Positions 28,486 through 64,000 of a stretch of 64,000 nt of DNA are shown here, in pieces. The notes beneath the pieces are model-generated. The model was not told where the DNA came from. It saw nothing but the letters and a program-made list of their open reading frames with translations, and did no database searches. Source of the stretch: Chrysomallon squamiferum. Its lineage: Eukaryota > Animalia > Mollusca. Within the stretch, counting starts at the first letter, position 1; each line of letters starts with the position of its first letter. The DNA is taken from assembly GCA_012295275.1 (NCBI GenBank), contig CM022671.1:30566001-30630000 (forward strand), in the 5' to 3' direction. The position numbers and the translations under genes were made by a program.

Positions 28486-29619
28486 TCTGTGTGATAATAA
28501 TAATATATGTATGTATGTATTTTACATTATAAGTATATGTTTTATAGCAATATTGTACTAAATATATTCCATTCATATTAATTCACAATTTATATTCAAT
28601 TTAATAACAAAAAAATTCCCTCTTTTTTATTCTTTTTCTTCTGCTTTTTTTTCCCATTTCACCAACTACTATTGTAATATGGACTTGTAACACACAAAAA
28701 GAAAAGAAAAAAGAAATGAAACTATTAAACGCAGAATTCATTAAATAAATATACATTGCACTGCTTAATAGCTAATCGTGTATTCACGAGAGAATTATTA
28801 TCTGCCTTCACTAATTTAGCTGAAGTTTGTAATAAATAACCAGGAAGTTGGTTGATTCACTTAACAATGCGTTATCACTTATGACGCACGTTAACACGTG
28901 TTTCGGTATCTATTAAAAAACATGGTTTCATATACATACAGAAATTCTCTTCATTGTTGGTGGATGAAGAAAGTTCTTTTCATGGTTTATTCTTTAAACT
29001 TAGTGCTTTTGATATTTATTGGAGCGAAACTCGATAAAGAGAGAGGAAGAGAGAGAGGGAGGAAAAAAAAAAAATGACGATACAAAATTTAATATACCAA
29101 CGATCGCGAAGTAACTGGTGACAATCCCTTTTTTGTTTCTTTCTTCTTTTCTATCTCCATTTTTTTTTTTTTTTTTTTCCCCTTTCCTTGTTATTTATAA
29201 AAACATTTTTGGGGTATAATGTTGGTGTTTTTGCCGCAAGATATAATCACATTTGCAAAGGAACTATTTTTGTTTGTTTAGTGTTTAAAATAATTATAAC
29301 CTTCGTAATGAATAAATAGGATGAATATATAAAATGTCCCCTGTTATAGTGTTTAAGTTGTGGTCGTGTCACTCGCAGGTAAGTAGGATCGCATCTAGGT
29401 TACTGCCAGGTCTAATGAAAACAAATCTGATGCCTGTTATTGATGTGTTAGTAAATGGACGAGGAAATACCATTCTGCTTAAGGACATCACGGTTCATTT
29501 TAATATTAACGAATGAGTAGAACACAATAAAGTCTTTCAGATTAGCAGAACGCGAGATAAAAGATCCACTTTTCAGTAACAAAAAAAAAAAAAAGGCATA
29601 TCTGACAGAGTTTCCGTTA

Positions 29620-30200
29620 TATTGTAATGGTGATGATAATGGTGATGATAATGATTATGACGATAATAAATAGAAGAATATAAGTATTATTATCAGTATC
29701 GTGATCATCATTTATAACAACAACAGTAATCAACATCATTATCATTATTATTAGTAGTAGCCGTAGCTGCAGCAAAAGTATTGGTACTAATAATATTAGT
29801 AGAAGTAGTATAGTAAGTACTGTTTGTAGTATTGGTACAACAGAAGTAATGTAAAAACCATTAACAGTTATGGCATTAACAATTATGTGTAGTAGCAGTA
29901 GTCGTAGTATTAGTAGTAGTGGAAGTGGTTGCAGTGAGTACTGGAGTAGTAGCAGTAGCAGTAACAACAACAACAACAACAACAACAATAATAATAATAA
30001 TAATAGTAGTAGCAGTAGCAGTAGTAGTAATAGTAATAGTGTAATATTAAAATAGTTGTTGTATAAAAGCAGCTGTAATAGTAGCTATGGTGTTCATGGC
30101 ACCTGCAATAGTAGTTGTAGCAGTTGTAATAGTAGCTGTAGTAATAGAAGAAACATTGACAGCTACAGCTGTGAAAGTTGTAGTAATAGCAACAGCACTA
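29620..30200. repeat. Degenerate trinucleotide low-complexity tract (AGT/AGC/AAC/AAT)
   Basis: Directly visible; it produces the poly-S/N/L spurious ORFs. Confidence 0.85.
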
Positions 30201-30763
30201 GCATGTGTAAAATGGTAGTGTTTGATTTAACAGACGAAGATAGTAATAAAATATTAGTTTCAGAGGAAAACAGTTTACTGAAAATATTATTTAAAAAAAA
30301 AAGAAAAAAAAAGTCCAGTTATATAAATATATACAACAAGGTCTACCTTGCGGGTTTTAAAGGTCTATTTCAAAAGGATTATAACAGAAGGTTTTCCCAG
30401 CAGAAAAATGAAGACGAAAAAGAAGCAGCAGAAGAACATAAAAAACAAAAACAAATCAGAGCAGATGCCTACAGAGATATGCTTATTCAGCCTACGAAAT
30501 AATTTTGAAATTGTTAATGTCTATACTCTTTTTTCTTTTTTATCATTTAAAATCACATTCAACGCTAGACTCACCTAAATCTATGAGAGGCAAAGAAAAA
30601 AAAAAAAAAAAAAAAAAAAAGGGTGACAAGGGGAATAACGCGTCTTTGTAACATACACACTCAGCGGAACGTAATCATTTAGAAAACTTTTGTTAGCAGC
30701 CGAAAACTTTAAATATTCTGCAAAACCGAAAATTCGTCTTTACCATTATACTACTGTTCCATC

Positions 30764-30794
<31 letters not shown>

Positions 30795-31305
30795 CGACAA
30801 CTACCACTCCTACTACTGCCACCTTTACTAGCGCTACTAGATTACCATTTTTGTTATTGTTATTACACATAATTTCTTTCTTGGTTTCAGTGCTTCACAA
30901 AACCGCTGACACGTGCCTGTTTACGTGCGAACCTATCACATTACACGCCTTCTTCGTGGTTGCGTGAGTGTTTAACCTCGGTAAAGCTGGTCTCACAGGG
31001 TCTCTTTGTCTGATCGGGGGCTTCTTTTATTTAACTCAAAACGGGACCGAACTTCCCCATTACAAAACTGAACCTTAGAGCGCAACGCGTCTTTTGATAC
31101 TGCGACCACACGTGCACAATCTCCTAAAAATCAATCTTAATTGGAAAAAATAAAAATAAAAATAAAATAAAATAAAAATAAAATAAAATAAAATAAAATA
31201 AAAGGAGAGTTTTGTTAGATCACTGGCTGCTTGGAGAGACACGTTTACTCTGTTTGACATGAGCTATGCACCGAAATTTAATGTAAAAATTATTTGTTCT
31301 AAAAA

Positions 31306-31369
<64 letters not shown>

Positions 31370-32981
31370 TCTATTGCTTTTAGTGTTTTTAAAAACTTTT
31401 TATTATTACTATTATTTATTTATTTATTTATTTATTATTATTATTATTTGTATAATTTTTGAATAATCTAAGGGTATTTTGACATCATAAATAATTTCTA
31501 ATAAAATTTTGTTTTTATTTTCTTTTGATGAACATAATTTAAGCATGCCTGTATGAATGTGTATGTTCTTTGTGAAAATGGAAATATTACATTTGTATGT
31601 ATATAGCATCTAAAATACGTTTGTCTGCATGTTTATTTGCCTTGGTGTGTTTTTCTCTTAAGTTTAGATTACAGTTCTGATTGTAGTCACTAACTAGCAC
31701 AGAAAAACACACCACTTGACTGCACTCAACAACAACTCAACGGAATGTTGTCTGAAAATACGATCAGGAATACTTCAGGTGCAGCCCCATTAGCCCTTGC
31801 ATTTGAAATTACCCTCACACATTATTACCCTGTGATTCAAGAAGGCTCTGCCCCTCGGTAATGTAAGTCCTGGCTGTCATACTCTATTCAAAACAAATAA
31901 TACAAAAAATGCTGGAGAGATACAACGAAGAAACTTTAGAAGCAGACGCACCACATTCCTCTTTCTTTCTTTCTTTCTTTTTCTTTTTCATTTTTTTTTT
32001 TTTTACCTATTAAATGATTGGTGAGGACAACCGGCTTAAACTATAACAGCAATGAAAAATATCGGCTTTGTCTTCGAAAGGTGACGCGTAAAGTTATCAC
32101 GATTTTTCGTAGAACAACCTGCTTTGCGTGTAACTCATGCAACTGTGAAATTCTGGATTTTATCTTGCAGCTTAAACGTAGTATTACGTATTATCAGCCG
32201 TGAAATCTGAAAACGTCTGCCTCTCATGCCACGAATCGGCATATTTAGAGGCAGGAAGGATCCTTGTTGTTAGTTTCTATTATATCTGTTAATGCTCATC
32301 GAATTAAAAATTGTAAAACGACAGTGATCAAGGCAGATAACGAGTTAATATTAAAACGAAAGACTGTTTTGATCTTGTGCACACTAAGAAAATGCTTCGG
32401 AAACACCTGGCGTCCGCAAACAATATTTTAAGTTTCGAGAATCCGCGAAAATCCAGAGTAATACATATTTTGATAATAAATACCCAAGATTAATACAGTC
32501 TGTCTACATATCTTTTGTCAAATCTACAGTGCGCACATACGAATAAAGAATTATAGAGAATGTCAGTATAAATTTGTTTGCATTCAGATTAACATGGATT
32601 TCGAAACATGAGGAGGAGCACAAGTTGAAAAGCCTTGTATCGGCGTCTACGCATGCATACATGTTTTAGATTATCTACACAATAGAGTATCCTATATGAA
32701 TATGATCTGATAATTAATCTGTTCATTACATTAATTCAGATATATGATATATGTTTTGTTTATAAACATAATAAATAGAATAATAAAAATATAAATATAT
32801 GTATAGACACAGAAACAGTGTTGAGTATTGAGATCAATTGTATTCTAGTATGACACATACCTTAGTGTACAAAGTGGTATATGTTTATGGAATGTAGTTA
32901 TCCTTGTGTGTAGAACCTTCTAATAGATATATGTTGATCACAAGAGGTAGGGTGTACGTCGGATACCATACAATACGTATC

Positions 32982-33027
<46 letters not shown>

Positions 33028-34169
33028 ATAGTTTTAAATAAACAATGAAACAGTATTTACATTATAGATAACATTTATTTAGAACATGATAAGCATATAA
33101 ATAAAGTTAATATTCATAACAAACAAGCAACAGTCAAACAAATAAACAAACACACAAATAAATAATAAGAAGATGAAGATGAAGAAAATGTTTAAGAATA
33201 CAAATATAAATTAAAAAACACACAAAAACAACAACAAACCAGCAGTATATGTATATAGACACGTATGCTGTATTTGTATATATGTTTGTCTGTTACATCT
33301 TGTGGTTATATTCTGTAAATGTGTATGTATATATTAACATTGAGGCTGGTGGAACCAATAAATAAATATATTATATTAGTAATAAAATACTTCTTATAAA
33401 TGTCATAAAAATATATTTTGATTTTAGTGTCTATATTATTATTACCTATGTTACTAAAACATGGACAAAACAACGAATTCCATATATTATAGGTTGATGT
33501 TTAATTCGAATATAAACAAACCTCAATATTTTTGTTAAAAAATATAATATAGCAATTTCAGTTTCAGTTTAAATTATAATAAAATTTAAACTTCATAATG
33601 CAACGTTGACTTTATATAGGCTATGTTCACTATACTCAAAAATATACACAAAAGAACAATGATATAATGAATATGACCTCAGTCACATGGTATGAAATAA
33701 AACAAACAATTTTACAATACCACGCAGACAACAATAACATCTATTTGGGAAATTATTATGAAAAAATAAATGGGTAATTTACAACAATGTTTCTTTTTTC
33801 TTTTCTTTTTCGTTCACAAACACGATTAAAATATACTTATATTAATATACATATATAATAATTTTATGTGTTGTATGGGAAGATCATTTCATACATTGAG
33901 CCATCCATCCATCCATTCATTCATCCATACATCCTTTTATTCATGATTCTATTCATATCTAAATCCAAAAAGCATACACATTTGTTGATAAGAATGACAG
34001 CCAGGTAATACCTGTTCTCTATACATAACTTTTTAAACAGTGTTCCATTTGATATGTCTGTTCTACGTTTAATTCAAGCAATGTAGAGATATCCTGCCTC
34101 AGACCCTGACAAACGTTTAGAGGTAGCACCAGTCTGCCTCTGATTTATCTGCTCTTCGATTATAATTTG

Positions 34170-34480
34170 TCTGTGTTGGATATCTTTGCACGTAATTTAA
34201 AACATGATGACACATTATTATTCGTTTGTATGTGTTCAGTATCCCCGCCCACTGACATATACGTTTGTGGTATTTTGCATTCTGCAATATTTTGTTTATG
34301 CTGGATATTGTGATATGTTTCTATATGATGTTAGATATCCTTACATTCTGATATATTTGTATATGTTAAATATCCTTGCACTCTGTGATATGTTTGTGCA
34401 TGCTTCGACATTCTTGTATATAATTTCAGCCACCACGATATGTTTGCACACCGTGAGTATGTTTGTTGATTCTGGATACC
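34170..34480. repeat. Degenerate ~33-35 bp minisatellite downstream of the gene B stop (probable 3' UTR)
   Basis: Recurring ATATCCTTrCAyTCTG..GATATrTTTG motif, e.g. at 34335, 34369 and 34385. Confidence 0.55.
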
Positions 34481-34801
34481 CTTGATCGGTTCACTATGAT
34501 GGTACTTTGTTTTAAGAATTAGTTTGTTTTAATTTTTAATTAAATTTTTAGCTCAGTGTTTAATTTGAGCAACCGTAATATATTTGAAGAGTTTTCGGCA
34601 CAACTAGACTTAAACTGAATCATTCTGGATGTAATTATTTCAATAAACTTTATTTTAATTCCTCGGTACTTCTACGTCTGCAGTCTTCAAAGGACTTTTC
34701 GTAATTTCAGTATCGTTTTGTAACTGGATCTACGCACTCTACAGCTCCGACAAAGCAACGATTTAATATCCTTTCACAAAAAGTTCTCTCGGTTCTGCAT
34801 T

Positions 34802-45207
<10,406 letters not shown>

Positions 45208-45871
45208 AGCGAATCTGTCAGTGTCGGGACTTACAACAGTTACAGCGTTAAGAACCATCTAGAAATAAAATAACGTCTTAGTCCCTGCGAAATTCAATAT
45301 ACAGCGCTCAACCGTTAATGTTTAAGGTTGTTAATGAATCTTGACTGTGCTGTGTGTGTTGCGAAGATTAACACGAGTGATATAAAACTAAATCTTTTTT
45401 CTCGTATATGCGTTTATATACGTACACACAGGCCTGTGCTATGAGATCATCTTGTTTTATTAAACTATGACAGTCTAAGAAAAGCTCGTGCCGGATTTGA
45501 GACGTTCACCTGTTGCACACAAGCGCAATAATTCGGACGAACTTTCAACGCTTGAAAGGTTTTTCTAAAAACAAATTGGACGTAGGACAAAAGAGAAGGG
45601 TGAGTTTTGAATTACTGGTTTAGAATAGGTTTCGGTTAAATCTGGGGAAAAAGTAACCAATCAAAAGGGCTGAAATAATCTTCCTGTTTCGCGCGGTACA
45701 GACGTTAAGAGATAGCAGGAAGAAAAGGGAAAAAAAAAAAAAAAAAAAAAAAAATTAAATTGAAAAAGAGAACAAAATGGCCGACACTTGCAAAATATCA
45801 GGGGTACATTCAATGATTTGCAGAAAATAAGTTAAAAGTGGCAAAAGGTTTATAACAAGCAAGATCTGAAG
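45208..45871. promoter_or_regulatory. Putative bidirectional promoter between genes B and C
   Basis: 664 bp between divergent ATGs, comparatively CpG-rich. Contains ATTGG 45575-45579, CCAAT 45657-45661, ETS cores CTTCCTG 45680-45686 and CAGGAAG 45716-45722, E2F-like TTTCGCGC 45687-45694, YY1-like AAAATGGCCG 45774-45783 and IRF-like GGTTTCGGTT at ~45628. Confidence 0.6.
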
Positions 45872-62156
<16,285 letters not shown>

Positions 62157-63029
62157 ATATACGTACAAACATACGGAACTTTCAAAGCATTAAATATATG
62201 ACTGTGTTCTGAAAGATGTTTATTTTGATTGTAGCGTGATGATAACAGATTTGGTTTATTTTTCAAGAAACTTAAAATCATAAATATTTTGCTCAATTTT
62301 TAATTTTAGTTAATTTATTTTGTTGAATTTTACCACTGAAAGTATTTCACTGCATAAAAATGAAAACTAACTAAATCACAAATGCTGATTTATTTATTTT
62401 TTTAAATCTTTTAAACAATAGTATTAATGTTATTATTTACTCAAGAAAAACTAACAAAGAGGGATATTGCTTTTATAAATATCTAACCTTTTTATATTTA
62501 TATTAACAAATTTAATTTTGTTATAATATGCATTATTGAAATTGCTTTGATTTTGTTACTCTGCACAAAATGGAAATGGTTTCGTTTTTCGTCTATTATA
62601 TGATCCATACTTATCAAATAAAATAAAACAATAATAACCTGTTAAATCATTATTGTTATGTAAAAGTACTGCCAAAGCCACAATAAGAGGAACAAATATA
62701 AAAAGAAGAAGAAAAAAAGGTACTTCTACTACTACTACTACTACTAAATAAATAAATTATTCAGTACTTACAAATGTATGTGGGTAATCTTGTCTTTTAC
62801 GATTTTGTTTTTCTTTATTTCAACACAACATGGATTGTAACAGTCGAGTCTAACTTCTGAAAACTCAATAAATTACAGAGGTGTTCTTATTATAGTCTTT
62901 TGTTTTTAGTGACTGAAATTGGTTTTAATATTAACAAATATAAGGTGTGTATGTATGTATGTATGTATGTATGTATTTATGTATTTATCTATCGTGTGTA
63001 CGTCTGAATAGACTCTGCACATAGACAAT

Positions 63030-63160
63030 ATTCGGGAACGCACTGGCGCAGGAGGACAAAGTTCAATCACGACCTCAGAAAACCCGTCATAGGCCGCTGA
63101 CGAGACTCGAACATTTGGCACGTATTCGCCCGAACGGTGTTACCGTGCGGCCATTGAGAC
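63030..63160 (-). mobile_element. tRNA-derived SINE head (Pol III A/B boxes)
   Basis: The minus strand reads GTCTCAATGGCCGCACGGTAAC...GTTCGAGTCTCG: A-box-like at 63153-63142 and B-box GTTCGAGTC at 63112-63104. No full cloverleaf is evident. Confidence 0.5.
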
Positions 63161-63908
63161 AATCTTCGTATGTATGTAGATGTGTAGGTAGATATGATGT
63201 AGGTATGTGTATATGTATTGTCTCTTTGTATTGTCACGTAGCATGTATTTCTGTCTAACTATCTATCAGACTGTCTGTATGATTTGTCATGCCTTATGAA
63301 TAATTAAAGAAAAACAAACGCATCTGGGAACCTTCCAAATTATTACCCTGTGGTACCTTTTAACTTGATTATCTTTTCTCTCTCTCAACCTAAATTATCT
63401 TTTGTGTTTGCATTTTTATAGTATTTCACCAATGAAATATAATTTATTCAGGCGTGTCGCATATATGAATACGGTTCACTAAATGAAACTGTCGCCAGCT
63501 CTACTCAGTTTCGAATCACGTGTAATTTTTACAAGTACATCTTGCAGCCAGACGTGACGAATACATGTTTTAAATGATGAAATTGTGACGTAAAGGGATC
63601 GAGGAATTTAAACTAAAATCTTTTAAAAGTTATAATATATCCTTAAATGTACAATGGCTTTCTGCATTACATTACAATTTTTTCCAGATCTTATCGTAAA
63701 CTGAACCACTTCAGTTTTCCATTACCACAGCGCTGATCTGTAAAGGTTGATTTTTAAAGTATCATGAATAGAAGAGACCAGTTGTTTCATTAAGGCTGTA
63801 CAAACAGAGCTATGTGCAGCAGGATCATTTTGTTAATACAGTCACATTGTCACAGTTTGAGGCAACAAAAATAAAACTTGACGGGGCTCGTTGAAATACC
63901 ATATGTCA

Positions 63909-64000
63909 TATCACAGGTCAACTCTGTATATCACAGGACAACACTATATCATAGGACAACATTGTATGTCACAGGACAACACTATATCATAGGACAACAC
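63909..64000. repeat. Minisatellite with alternating ~21/19 bp units, running off the window end
   Basis: TATCAyAGGACAACAC(TG)TA repeated about 5 times. Confidence 0.85.

Noticed and set aside
30056-30502. 148 aa ORF with a charged tail, considered as a remnant of a lost divergent partner for gene A
   Set aside because: Starts in low-complexity repeat, has no GTPase, kinase or N-module motif and no convincing splice context. No C-like remnant was seen in 23.3-34 kb.
31674-31858. Exon-like segment bounded by AG and GT
   Set aside because: All three plus-strand frames contain early stops; no support for coding.
33555-33572. ISRE-like TTTCAGTTTCAGTTT and other isolated IRF/kappaB-like words (28128, 49329)
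   Set aside because: Isolated short motifs in very AT-rich DNA are expected by chance.
63092-63160. tRNA gene
   Set aside because: A/B boxes are present but no convincing acceptor or anticodon stems; better explained as a SINE head.
63909-64000. CRISPR-like regular repeats
   Set aside because: Units are contiguous with no unique spacers, in a eukaryotic context; it is a minisatellite.

Overview
AT-rich, intron-containing animal genomic DNA; the repeat style suggests a mollusc, probably a gastropod (inference). Bases 218-13820 (+) hold 27 phase-consistent coding exons of a KMT2E/MLL5 (SETD5/UpSET family) gene, about 1756 aa in the window with the first exon upstream, followed by a probable long 3' UTR. 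The rest is a microsatellite-laden cluster of three paralogous genes. Each encodes a small N-terminal helical module, a mitofusin/BDLP-type dynamin-like GTPase and a helical stalk. Gene A (-, 23282-17937, ~737 aa) has no kinase domain and a G3 motif changed to DTPS. Gene B (-, 45207-34802, ~1051 aa) ends in a pseudokinase (HRD to HME, DFG lost). Gene C (+, 45872-62156, ~984 aa) ends in an apparently active kinase. B and C are head-to-head with 664 bp between the ATGs and share seven intron positions. They look like an old inverted duplicate pair specialised into kinase plus pseudokinase under a shared bidirectional promoter, with A as a third, truncated member. This cluster is the candidate undescribed system. 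All gene models were assembled by hand from splice signals and reading phase, and no database searches were run.
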